A DNA stretch of 64,000 nucleotides. Source: the human T2T-CHM13v2.0 reference genome, Homo sapiens. Each line of letters opens with the position of its first letter. The stretch's first letter is position 1. This document shows positions 19,764 to 32,811 of the stretch, piece by piece. The translations under genes and the position numbers were made by a program. Location: the NCBI RefSeq assembly GCF_009914755.1, contig NC_060946.1. One strand, 5' to 3'. Below the pieces are notes generated by a model. The model was not told the origin of the DNA and did no database searches. It saw only the letters and a list, made by a program, of their open reading frames with translations.

Positions 19764-20120
19764 GTGTGTGTGCCAGCATTTCTGTGTTGGGCCCGGGGAG
19801 TTGGTTGGTTTGCAAGCAAGGAAAGACACCGACCTTGCAGCTTTCTCGTATGGGCTTGCCAGTGACATGTGGCCCGTGAGAGGTGGCCTCTGCTGCTGTC
19901 TTGCCAAGGGCCTGCTCTGATGGGGTAGCGTGAGCATGGGGAGGAGGGTATCCCAGAATGTCATAGCCAGAGTGAAATGATGGCTAAAGCAGGGGGACCC
20001 AGGAGGGCCCCTGAAGCTGCAGCTGCTGTCGCTTTAGTCTCCCCCAATTCCTTTCCCTTTCTCCCTCCACCTCCGTGAGACCCTGGTCTCAGGCCTCCCT
20101 CTGCCCTCTCCCTCTTCCAG

Positions 20121-20274
20121 GAGTGAGAACAACTGCTTCCTGTATGGGGTCTTCAACGGCTATGATGGCAACCGAGTGACCAACTTCGTGGCCCAGCGGC
20201 TGTCCGCAGAGCTCCTGCTGGGCCAGCTGAATGCCGAGCACGCCGAGGCCGATGTGCGGCGTGTGCTGCTGCAG
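20121..20274 (+). CDS. TAB1: TAB1 exon 3 (SENNCFLYGVFNGYDG...RRVLLQ)
   Basis: cctcttccag acceptor; GTAATG donor; 154 nt; contains the degenerate PP2C motif FNGYDG. Confidence 0.97.
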
Positions 20275-21411
20275 GTAATGGTGCCGGGGCCAACAGTGAC
20301 CCAGCCACATCATGTCCCCCACCCCAAGGCTTGGGCCCTGCACCTCTAGCATGTTGCCAGGGTTGGTGTGAAGATCCTGCCGGCCCCTTCACCCCAGTAG
20401 AGGAGCAGCTCCCAGCGTAGGCCCCCCCACCCAACAGGAGTCCAGGACCAGCCAGCGAGCAGCAGGCCTTCAATGGCTGGCAGAGGAGGTACTGCTGGAG
20501 ACGGGGGGATTTAGGGATGGGAGCTTGGAGAGAGGTGTGAGGTGGGAGCAGGGCAAGGCCTGGTAGAAATGGGGTCATTTAGAGCTACCCCTTTCTTTCC
20601 TATGTGGTCAGGTGCTCAGCCTCCAGGTGCAGGAGCCATCCCTGGGCGTCCAGGAAGGACCTTGCCTCCCCTTTCTGAGGGGCCGCCGCCCTCATTGACT
20701 GGTTCCACCTTTCTGCTTGCGCTGTTGGCAGTTTTCCTCCTGGCATCTGCTTTCAGGAGCATGTCTCAGGCCCATTTCAGATGAGAAGATGGGCTTCTGT
20801 TCCCGGAGAGGGGTGGTGCCAGCCTTTTCCTGCCCTTCACGACCTCAGGCTCCATTGCCAGTGATTCTCAGCAGATCTCACACAGGGGGAGAAGGTGTCA
20901 GTGTCACCAGTGTCCTGGGGCTGGTGGGGTTTGACAGAAGCCTCCCAGAAAGAAGTTGTAGTAATCATACGAGCTGTCATAGGCCTGGCAGTTTCTCTGA
21001 GCAGTTGCCTTGCTGAGTGCCAGGGTGGACTGTCTTACCTAACCCCTGGAACAACACTTAACCTCCGTTGTGTGAGACTGAGGGGGCCAGAGGTCACACC
21101 AGCTGGGCCTACGCCAAGCCTTTGCTCTTAGCTTCCGCACTGTCTCCTGCCTCCCAGCCGTCTGCAGTGCTGCCTCTGCAGGGTGCACACCCCTTCGAGG
21201 CTGAAGGGCTTTGTCAAAGACATTGATCTGCAGGAAGCAGCCGGTGCCTTGCAGTGCTGGGCCAGAGGCAGGACTGACATGTGGAAAGCTCCATCACACA
21301 AGAACCTGCAGTGAAGACAGCAAAGCTGCTGCTCTGATTAATAGAGGACATTTTGGCACCAGTGACAGTGGTGTTTTGAACCAGCCTTTGCCCTGTCCTG
21401 TGTCCCCCTAG

Positions 21412-21498
21412 GCCTTCGATGTGGTGGAGAGGAGCTTCCTGGAGTCCATTGACGACGCCTTGGCTGAGAAGGCAAGCCTCCAGTCGCAATTGCCAGAG
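21412..21498 (+). CDS. TAB1: TAB1 exon 4 (AFDVVERSF...SQLPE)
   Basis: tccccctag acceptor; GTAATT donor; 87 nt. Confidence 0.97.
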
Positions 21499-21959
21499 GT
21501 AATTTCCCCAGCCGACACCCAGGGGAGTCAAGTCCAGGCCCAGCTTTGCAAGGAGCATGGACTCATCTACTTTCTTGACATTACTGGGCCAGAGCAACAG
21601 GAGTTAGGGAGCAGTTCCTGATGGGTGACACTGGTGTGTGGCCACAGGTGAGGGACCTCGCTGCTCTGCTGTGGGCAGCTGCATGCTAAAGCTCAGCAGT
21701 GTCTGGGCAGTGGTGGACATGAGGAAGGGCTTTTCCCAGTCCTTCGTCCTGAATGGGTCCCCGCCCTTGTCAACCACCTGCTCACATCGCCTACTGCCAC
21801 CTGCAGCGCTTACCTCTGTGCTGTGAGTTCGGTCATCTCCAGCTTTCTGGAAGAACCTTAGCCTGGAGCTGTAGCGAAGGCTTCATCTTGGCTGTGCCAT
21901 GGACCATCTGTCTGTCTGTCCCCCGGGCCCTCGGATCTTTGCTCTTAAGAGCAAAGGGA

Positions 21960-22276
<317 letters not shown>

Positions 22277-22331
22277 CTAGGAAGATGGTCCAGAGTTCTG
22301 TCCTGCCCTGACCCTCTGTTGATGGTTGTAG

Positions 22332-22470
22332 GGAGTCCCTCAGCACCAGCTGCCTCCTCAGTATCAGAAGATCCTTGAGAGACTCAAGACGTTAGAGAGG
22401 GAAATTTCGGGAGGGGCCATGGCCGTTGTGGCGGTCCTTCTCAACAACAAGCTCTACGTCGCCAATGTCG
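22332..22470 (+). CDS. TAB1: TAB1 exon 5 (GVPQHQLPP...LYVANV)
   Basis: ggttgtag acceptor; GTGAGC donor; 139 nt. Confidence 0.97.
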
Positions 22471-23352
22471 GTGAGCCCCCTCCTGTCCCAGGGCAGGGAG
22501 GACTGGGGAGAGGTCAGCCACAGGGGTCGGTGCATTATTTGACAATCTGCTTTCCAGACACTTCACGCACTTTAAACCCAGGGTCTCCTGAGACCGTTGG
22601 GTATGTCCCTCTCCACAGTGACGCCTCAGTCCCAACTGGAAGGGAGAAAGGACGGGATGGGAGACAGGTGTCCTGGCCTTTAGTCCCTATTCTGCTTCTT
22701 AACTCATTCTGGACGAGTCGTATCCCATTCTGGGTGGCCTTGGGGGCCGCTGCTTCTGGAAGAGGTTACCTGGCCATGAATAACCAACCAGTATCCCCAT
22801 GAACAGCTGCGAGATGGGGCTAGGTGACAGGGACATTGGGGTTTGTGAGAAGACCAGACAGGTGCAGGTTTCAGTAGAAAGGACTCTGTAGAGACCCTTC
22901 TGATGATGCTGCCTTTTTTTAATACTCCAGTGGAAAATTTTCCACAATATAGAACAATAGAGTGACTGATATTTAATGAACATTCATGCGCCCATCCCCA
23001 ATCCCAGCAGTTATCAACTGTGGCCAGCCTTCTTTGTCCCCACGTTCTCTATTTTGAAGCAAATGCCAGACACTGTATCATGTTATCTGTAAATATTTCA
23101 GTCTGTATCTCTAGAGAAGAGGTCTGTTTTATTAAGATCATAATCCTATGATTACACTGAAAAAGTTAAACCCAATTCTTTCGTATCACCAGCTGTCCCT
23201 AACTGGTGACTCACCCCGTTGGTCTGAGCCTGTTTTGCCCATTTCAGGTATTTCCATGTGTGAAATGCCTGCCTTTTCCCTCTCTGCCTTCCCGGTATGC
23301 CCTATTTCTCTCTGTGTGTAGTCTTTGCTTAGCTGTTCACATTCTGCCACAG

Positions 23353-23466
23353 GTACAAACCGTGCACTTTTATGCAAATCGACAGTGGATGGGTTGCAGG
23401 TGACACAGCTGAACGTGGACCACACCACAGAGAACGAGGATGAGCTCTTCCGTCTTTCGCAGCTGG
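23353..23466 (+). CDS. TAB1: TAB1 exon 6 (GTNRALLCK...FRLSQL)
   Basis: ctgccacag acceptor; GTGAGT donor; 114 nt. Confidence 0.97.
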
Positions 23467-24139
23467 GTGAGTGGGGAGAGTGGGAGCGGAAGCTGATCCC
23501 CATGGGCTCACCCTTCGCCTGCCTTTGGTGGTGGGGTAGAGAGGCGTGTGGTAGAGGGGCTGTGATCTTGGGCTCCCCAGCCAGCCTGCCTGGGGTTCAT
23601 TCCCAGCACTGCCGCTTACTGGTTGGTGATTGGAACTTAAGTTTTCTGTGCCTCAGATCCCCCGCTGTGTAATGAGGATAATAGTAACCTACCTCGGGAT
23701 GCTAGGAGGATTCAGTTAGTGCATGTGAAATGCTTCCTGGAGTGCCTGGCACACAGAAGACACTTACTGTTATTGGTGGAGACTGAAAGAGGCCAAAGAA
23801 GTCCAGGGAGCCCAGCTGCTGCTGAGCTGCTCCTTCCCTTCCCAGTGAGCTCCAGGCAGATGTGGGGCACACGGGATGGGCAGGGAGACGGCAGGCAAGC
23901 TGCTCCGTGCCAGGTGGTGCCTGGAGGACGGGCTCTGAGTGAGGTGTGTCGTGATGGGCGTGGGGACTGAGGACACCAGGGACTTTGGGTCAGCTGCTCT
24001 CCCAGGTGCCCTGGTGTTGTCTTCATTTCCTATTCAGTGGGTCCTTATTGCCTTCTTCCCATGACTGTGTCTCTGTCCCCTTCTTTTTGTTCCTCTTTGT
24101 GAACAAGAAGCAGGATTGTTGCACTGTTTCCCTCCGTAG

Positions 24140-24251
24140 GCTTGGATGCTGGAAAGATCAAGCAGGTGGGGATCATCTGTGGGCAGGAGAGCACCCGGCG
24201 GATCGGGGATTACAAGGTTAAATATGGCTACACGGACATTGACCTTCTCAG
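24140..24251 (+). CDS. TAB1: TAB1 exon 7 (GLDAGKIKQ...TDIDLLS)
   Basis: ccctccgtag acceptor; GTAGGT donor; 112 nt. Confidence 0.97.
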
Positions 24252-25391
24252 GTAGGTGCCAGCCCAGCTGTCCCCTGTGCTTGAAAGAACAGAAGGTCCT
24301 AGGGAGGCCAAGATGGGAGGATTGATTGTGCTGGGAGGTCGAGGCTGCAGTGAGCCGTGATCATGCCACTGCACTCCAGCCTGGGCAACAGAGCAAGACC
24401 CTGTCTCAAAAAAAAAAAAAGGTCCAGAAGGCCTGGGGCAGACGCAGACTGTAGGCCCCAGTGACACATGTGCAGTCAAAGTAGTTCAGAGCCCAGGCAA
24501 ACTCTTTCTTCCTCCCAGAGAGGTTGGTTTGGGGCAGGTTAGGCCCAGCAGGCCAGGAGTTGGGTACTGTAGAAACAAGGGGTGGAGTTGAGGAGCTGGG
24601 CCAAAGCTGAGGGCAGCAACTAGTGCCACAAGGGAGGCAGGCGAAGCCAGAGTTGGCATGGGATGGACAGACCAGGCCTGTTGGTCGGTGCTGCCCATGG
24701 CTGCAGCAGAGGTGTGAGATGAATTGTGTATTTCCCTCTGAGGACACCTCCTCTGGACATCACCCCAGCGCTCATGGCAGCAGAATGGGCAGTCATCATC
24801 ACACGGCCAAGCCCGTGCAGAGCTCTGGATGTACCTTCTTTTATGCATTCCCTACTCAGGCCCCCTGAGGCAGTCACTGCCATCACCCCAGAGGCATTTT
24901 CATAAGAGGAAACTGAGGCATGGAGACATCAGGCAGCCCACCCTGGTCATGGGGCTTGAACACAGGCAGCCTGAATTTGGAATATGTGTCCTTAACCGTC
25001 AGGTAACCTGTATGTGAAGTGTTGGTTGGGGAGATAGGCGCGTCCACTTGCCTGATGCCAATCATGGCATTTAATGTCATGGCCAAGGCTGTTCCCAAAG
25101 CCAGAGTTCCCATCAACAGAGGCCTCATGGCCTAGAAAGTGCATGTTAGAACTCCTTGCCCTCACGCGATCTAGGCAACTGAGTGTCGAATATTTGTCCC
25201 TAATTTGTGGGGTCCTGTTTCCTTTATTGGAAAGGACATCCATAGTTTAAAACACTTCAGACAGTGCTGGGGTCTATACAGGGAAAGGAAGTCTTCCTAC
25301 ACCACACTCTAGGACTCGCTGCCTCCCCAGAGGCTGCTAGTTTCTTGTGTATCCTGTTCCAAAATCTGGCCACATGCACATATACACACAC

Positions 25392-25396
25392 GGTGT

Positions 25397-25445
<49 letters not shown>

Positions 25446-25503
25446 TCCTGGGGGCCAAGGAGCCTGCATCCTTTTCGGAACACCCAGGTGCTGGGGTGTC
25501 TCT

Positions 25504-25558
<55 letters not shown>

Positions 25559-25699
25559 TCCTGGGGGCCAAGGAGCCTGCATCCTTTTCGGAACACCCAG
25601 GTGCTGGTGTGTCCTGCCCCTCCCAGGTGCTGGTGTGTCGTGCCCCTCCCAGGTGCTGGTGTGTCCTGCCCCTCCCAGGTGCTGGTGTGTCCTGCTCCT
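25392..25699 (+). repeat. Compound repeat: 2x[(GT)21/(GT)24 + 52-bp spacer] then 4x 26-bp minisatellite
   Basis: (GT)n at 25401-25442 and 25508-25555; unit cccaggtgctggtgtgtcctgcccct starting at 25596, 25622, 25648 and 25674. Confidence 0.95.
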
Positions 25700-26454
25700 C
25701 CTTCTTTTCTTTTTTTTTAAACCCTAAGGTGTAATTGGCATATGCAAAGCTGTGCCTATTTCATGCATACAACTTGATGAGTTTGGAGATATGTTTACAC
25801 ACCCCTCACTGCTATCATTAAAGGTGCTCATCTCTTCATTCTGCTCACCTGCAGTTAGGATGGCGTCATTCTGTGTAATAACCGCTCCCAGGGCCCAGCC
25901 CTGGCTGACGGACCCTCAGGAAGTTCTTAGACTCCGCTCTTCTGGATGGTGTTGCCAGCACCTCCTCATGTACTTACCTCCATGTGCACACACATGTGTT
26001 GGCATGTAATGACTCTGACCCCAGTCACTAAAGGATCCCTGTACACATGGAGAGTATCTGGGGTCTCAGCCATCTGTTTTGGAAAAGCCCAAATAATAGC
26101 AAGAGGCTTGGGCTCCCAGGGATAATCCCTCCCTCTTGCTGTCCCACACCCTGCCCTGCCACCACCGGACCCTGTGAACAGGACGTATGGAACAGGCCAG
26201 AATCGGGCATTCAACCTTTGCCATCCTGACCTCAGCTGCCTGCCAGTTTTTATGGCCTTCCAAGCTTTATTTTAGCAGCTGCTGTAAGACGATGGGTCTA
26301 TTTTTCTGACCTTCTCTTTCTCTCTTTTCTTTTCCTCTTGTCAGGTTGTGTGTTTTATTTTACATTCTGGGCATAGATTCCTCCCCTCAGCAGAATCAGC
26401 ATCCACCTGCGGGCTGTTCCAAGCAAAGCTCTTCCTTCCACTCTCTCCCCATAG

Positions 26455-26599
26455 CGCTGCCAAGTCCAAACCAATCATCGCAGAGCCAGAAATCCATGGG
26501 GCACAGCCGCTGGATGGGGTGACGGGCTTCTTGGTGCTGATGTCGGAGGGGTTGTACAAGGCCCTAGAGGCAGCCCATGGGCCTGGGCAGGCCAACCAG
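26455..26599 (+). CDS. TAB1: TAB1 exon 8 (AAKSKPIIAEPE...GPGQANQ)
   Basis: ctctccccatag acceptor; GTGAGT donor; 145 nt; LVLMSEG motif. Confidence 0.97.
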
Positions 26600-27025
26600 G
26601 TGAGTTGGGCCCAGCCACGCCCATGGCCGGAGAGCGTGGCTGGCCTGCATGGTGATGTGCTCACCCTGCCTTCTAGCACTGTGATTCTCGGAGGCCGTCA
26701 CCAGACATCTCTGGGTTCAAAGCTGGGGGAAGGAGAATCCCAGAGCTCTGAAAACACCCATCCCACCCAAAAACTTGACTCATTTTAGGCTTGAAGCAGT
26801 GCCAGTCCTCAGGGCCTGAGCAAGGTCTGAAGGGAAGAGGGGGAGATGGATGTGAATTGCTATGGGCACGGCATTACTCTGAGACGGCCAGGAAGGGGCC
26901 AGGGCCAGGAGGAGAGCACAGAAAGAGATGTGCAGAGTCCTTCCCACACCCATCACTTCCTGCCAAGGGCCTGACGGCTTTACTGCCCTCCCTGAGTGGC
27001 AGACAATTTATAGTTTGCTTCTCAT

Positions 27026-28246
<1,221 letters not shown>

Positions 28247-28284
28247 TATCATGAGGAAAAAGTCTTCTTTAAAATTTGAAAATT

Positions 28285-29020
28285 AATTTTTATTTCAGTA
28301 GCTTTTGAGGTACCAGTATTTTTTTGTTATAGGGATGAATTATGTAGTGGTGAATTCTGAGATCTTAGTAAACCAGTTATTCCAGTAGTGTACATTGTAA
28401 GTAATGTATAGTGTTTTATAGTGTACATTGTAACTAATGTATAGTGTTTTATAGTGTACATTGTAACTAATGTATAGTGTTTTATAGTGTACATTGTAAC
28501 TAATGTATAGTGTTTTATAGTGTACATTGTAACTAATGTATAGTGTTTTATAGTGTACGTTGTAACTAATGTATAGTGTTTTATAGTGTACGTTGTAACT
28601 AATGTATAGTGTTTTATCCCTAGCACCACTGCCATCCTCCCGCCTTGAGTCTCTAAAGTTCCATTATATCACTCTGTATGCCTGTGCATTCCCATCATTT
28701 AGCTCCCACTTACGAGTGAGAACATAGTTTGTGGTTTTCCACTCCTGTGTTACTTAGAATAATGGCCTTCATCTCCATCCAAGTTGCTGCAAAAGACATT
28801 CATTCTTTCCTTTTACTGGCTGAGTAGTATTCCATAGTTTATAGATACATTTTCTTTATCTGCTCATTAGTCAATGGCCACTTAGGCTGGTTCCACATCT
28901 TTGCAATTGTGAATTGTGCTGCTATAAACATACGTGTGCAAGTATCTTTTTCATATAATGACTTATTTTCCTTTAGGTAGATGCCCAGACTGCTGGATTG
29001 AATGCAGATCTACTTCGAAA
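28285..29020 (-). mobile_element. L1 3' end (L1PB-like), antisense
   Basis: tttagctcccacttacgagtgagaacat...ggctgagtagtattccat...tgtgctgctataaacat, typical of the L1P 3' end. Confidence 0.88.
28386..28616 (+). repeat. 33-bp minisatellite x7
   Basis: Unit tagtgtacattgtaactaatgtatagtgtttta at 28386, 28419, 28452, 28485, 28518, 28551 and 28584. Confidence 0.97.
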
Positions 29021-29037
29021 AAGTCTCAAGTGCCTAA

Positions 29038-29196
<159 letters not shown>

Positions 29197-29199
29197 TGA

Positions 29200-29382
<183 letters not shown>

Positions 29383-29607
29383 TGATTTCTTTACCTGTTA
29401 TATAAGCTTACCATTCCTTCCAGTAGCCTTATAACATAGAGGGACAGGGGCTTATTTCCAGGTAGAGTAGGGAATTTGGGGTCCACGGAGTTCAGGTTCT
29501 TGCCAGAGGTGACGTTGCTGCTTAGTGTTGAAACTGAGCCCACCAGGACCAGGTGCAGGTCATTTCCTATTACCTGTCCCTGCCCTCCTGCCCCGCCCAA
29601 AAGAAAC

Positions 29608-30858
29608 TTTATGATGGTGAGAAAGTGATACATATTCAGTGGGAACTGTGCTCCCATACCCCTACAACCATTCTGTTTTTCACTGTCAAAACAGTACTCA
29701 ATAAATTACATGAGATTCGGCTGGGCGTGGTGGCTCACGCCTGTAATCCCAGCACTTTGGGAGGCTGAGGCGGGAAGATCACTTTAGGTCAGGAGATCGA
29801 GACCATCCTGGCTAATACGGTGAAACCCCATCTCTACTAAAAATACAAAAAAAAAAAAAAATTATCTGGTGCATAGTGACGCACGCCTGTAATCCTAGCT
29901 ACTCGGGAGGCTGAGGCGGGAGAATTCTTGAACCTGGGAGACGGAACTTGCAGTGAGCTGAGATCACAGCACTGCACTCCAGCCTGGTCAACACAGTGAG
30001 ACTCTGTCTCAAAAAAAAAAAAATTACATGGGATTCAACATTTTCTTATATAATAATGAAAATAGGCTTTGTGCTAGATGATTTTGCCCAGCCGTAGGCT
30101 AATAGAAGTGTTCTGAGCACATTTAAGGTAGGCTAGGCTAAGTGATGATGTTCAGTAGGTTAGGTGCATTAAATGCTTTTTCTTTTCTTTTTTTTTTTTT
30201 GAGATGGAGTCTCGCTCTGTCACCCAGGCTGGAGTGCAGTGGCTCGATCTGGGCTTACTGATCGCCTCCCGGGTTCACGCCATTCTGCCTCAGCCTCCCG
30301 AGTAGCTGGGACTACAGGCACCCGCCACCACGCCCGGCTAATTTTTTGTATTTTTAGTAGAGATGGGGTTTCACCGTATTAGCCAGGATGGTCTCGATCT
30401 CCTGACCTCATGATCGGCCTGCCTCAGAATCCCAAAGTGCTGAGATTACAGGTGTGAGCCACCACGCCCGGCCAAATGCTTTTTCAACTTACGATATTTT
30501 CTTTTTTTTTTTTTTTTTGAGACAGAGTCTTGCCCTGTTGGCCAGGCTGGTCTCGGCTCCCTGCAACCTCCGTCTCCTGGGCTCAAGCAATTCTCCTGCC
30601 TCAGCCTCTCAAGTTGCTGGGATTACAGGCATGTGCCACCATGCCCAGCTAATTTTTGTATTTTTAAGTAGAGACGGGGTTTCAACATGTTGGCCAAGCT
30701 GGTCTCGATCTCCTGACCTCTGGCAGTCCTCCCACCTCGGCCTCCCAAAGTGCTGGGATTACAGGCGCAAGCCACTGTGCCCGGTCAACTTATGATATTT
30801 TCAACTTACAGTGGGTTTGTCAGGACATAGTCCCATCCTAAATTGAGGAACATCTGTA
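29608..30858 (-). mobile_element. Tigger-family MITE (MER47A-like) interrupted by three Alus
   Basis: Fragments such as aggtaggctaggctaag...taggttaggtgcattaaatgc...gaggaacatctgTA; Alus at 29719-30020 (+), 30180-30473 (-), 30502-30785 (-), each with a TSD. Confidence 0.75.
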
Positions 30859-31330
30859 TACTAGACAGGGACTTCTCTGAGGTCAGGGACCCTGTTTTCA
30901 TTCTGTATCCCCAGTTCCTGACAAAATCCTAGCATGTATAACATCGCCTACAACAAGTTTGTTCCAGGAAAGAGTGTTTCATAATAATGACACTTGCTAC
31001 TAGGCTTTTTAGTGGCTGGCAGAGTGCTCTCACACCACTGTTAGTTAATACTCGTATTCACCCAGTCAAATGGATGTTCTCCCCATCCTAGAGGTGTGCA
31101 CCCAACAATTAGAGCAATCACAAGAGCACACACTTCCTAATGAGAAAGTTCCAGAAGGATTATCCTGAATACCTTGAAAGGCTCAGATTGCAAACTTGGC
31201 TGGCAGGCATTTCCTTCACCTGCTGGGCTGTTGACCACTGAATCTCCTGATTTTAGGCTCCAAGATTATGGCCCATGCCCCCCAGGCCGCACCTCGTTCC
31301 TTACCAGGTTCTTCCTACCCCCTCCCCCAG

Positions 31331-31553
31331 GAGATTGCTGCGATGATTGACACTGAGTTTGCCAAGCAGACCTCCCTGGACGCAGTGGCCCAGGCCGTCG
31401 TGGACCGGGTGAAGCGCATCCACAGCGACACCTTCGCCAGTGGTGGGGAGCGTGCCAGGTTCTGCCCCCGGCACGAGGACATGACCCTGCTAGTGAGGAA
31501 CTTTGGCTACCCGCTGGGCGAAATGAGCCAGCCCACACCGAGCCCAGCCCCAG
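31331..31553 (+). CDS. TAB1: TAB1 exon 9 (EIAAMIDTEF...PTPSPAP)
   Basis: cctcccccag acceptor; GTACGT donor; 223 nt. Confidence 0.97.
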
Positions 31554-32648
31554 GTACGTGTGCTGTGCAGACAGGCAGTGCCTGGGGATGCCATCTGGGG
31601 GCCAGAGGTGGGTGCAGAGCCCCCGAGGCTGCTTGAAGCGGAGATGGAGTCAGGAGGCCTGGCTCTGAGTGGCTCTAATTCAGGTTCTCTGATTTTTAGC
31701 CTCTCTGAGCTGAGTGTTGATTTTTGCTCTTTTGTCTGTAAAATGAGGTTAATACCACCTGCCCCGGCAACCTCCCAGAACCTGAGTGCCCCAGCAAGCA
31801 ATTCACAGAGCCCTGAAGCCACATAATAGAGATGATGGCCACCACTGATTGAGTGCCTCCCTTGTGCCAGGCACACAGCCTGCCTTATTCCCTTCAGTCC
31901 TCATGGGCAACCCTAAAGACAGGTGGTACCCCTGTTTTCCAGAGAGGGAAACTGAGGCTGAAGAATGAAGGGACCTGGAAGAGATTAGGCATGTGGACAG
32001 ATGGTCAGGCCCCAAGGCCTGTCTGTCCCTGGGCTGCACTGGAGCAGGGCAGGGAGAAGGACGTTTTGCTTTTTACCTATGTCATTCTTCAACCAAGTTC
32101 TCAGGAAAAGAGGTGGCTGCTCTTTCCCGTGCTCCCCCCAGTGCTGCTCAGCACTAAGACCTTCGGTTCCTGAGGGCTGCATTTCTTTTTCTTTGCTTTA
32201 AACAAGCAAATCTTAGATAAAGCTCAGGCATCCACAGACAGATTTGTTCTCCCATGGACACCAGGGTTATTGGAGTTTCTCTGGCCTGTTTTTATTGCAA
32301 CCATATTTTTATTGGGTCAGCCTCAACTGGGAGCAAACTTATCCTCTGAATTAAAGCATCCATGGGAAGCCAGGCAGTAACCCTTTCCTTGAGGCAACTC
32401 GAGCACCAGCAGGATTTACTGCTATAAGGAGTTCTCAGCCCGGCCTGGAAGAGTCTCTGACAAGGGACACTCCTCCTGAGCTGTCCCAAGGGGCAGGGGG
32501 CCCCACTGGGCTTGGGGAGCCAGGCATGGCCGCCACCCACACTCAGCCCTCAGGCACCACCCCATCAGGCCATGGAGCAGCTATGCCCCTGCTACCCTGG
32601 GTTTCTCCTCAGCTGCTGCCTGAGGCCCCCACTCTCTTCCTCCCAAAG

Positions 32649-32811
32649 CTGCAGGAGGACGAGTGTACCCTGTGTCTGTGCCATACTCCAGCGCCCAGAG
32701 CACCAGCAAGACCAGCGTGACCCTCTCCCTTGTCATGCCCTCCCAGGGCCAGATGGTCAACGGGGCTCACAGTGCTTCCACCCTGGACGAAGCCACCCCC
32801 ACCCTCACCAA
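32649..32811 (+). CDS. TAB1: TAB1 exon 10 (AAGGRVYPVSVPYSS...ATPTLT), p38-binding / O-GlcNAc S395 region
   Basis: ttcctcccaaag acceptor; GTAAGT donor; 163 nt; phase 2 at the 3' end. Confidence 0.96.

Noticed and set aside
25257-25734. CVCVCV / THTHTH ORFs
   Set aside because: Translations of (GT)n microsatellites.
28327-28635. Repetitive ORF (YTIKHYTLVTM)n and a CRISPR-like 33-bp periodicity
   Set aside because: Head-to-tail minisatellite with no unique spacers and no cas genes; the ORF arises because 33 is divisible by 3.
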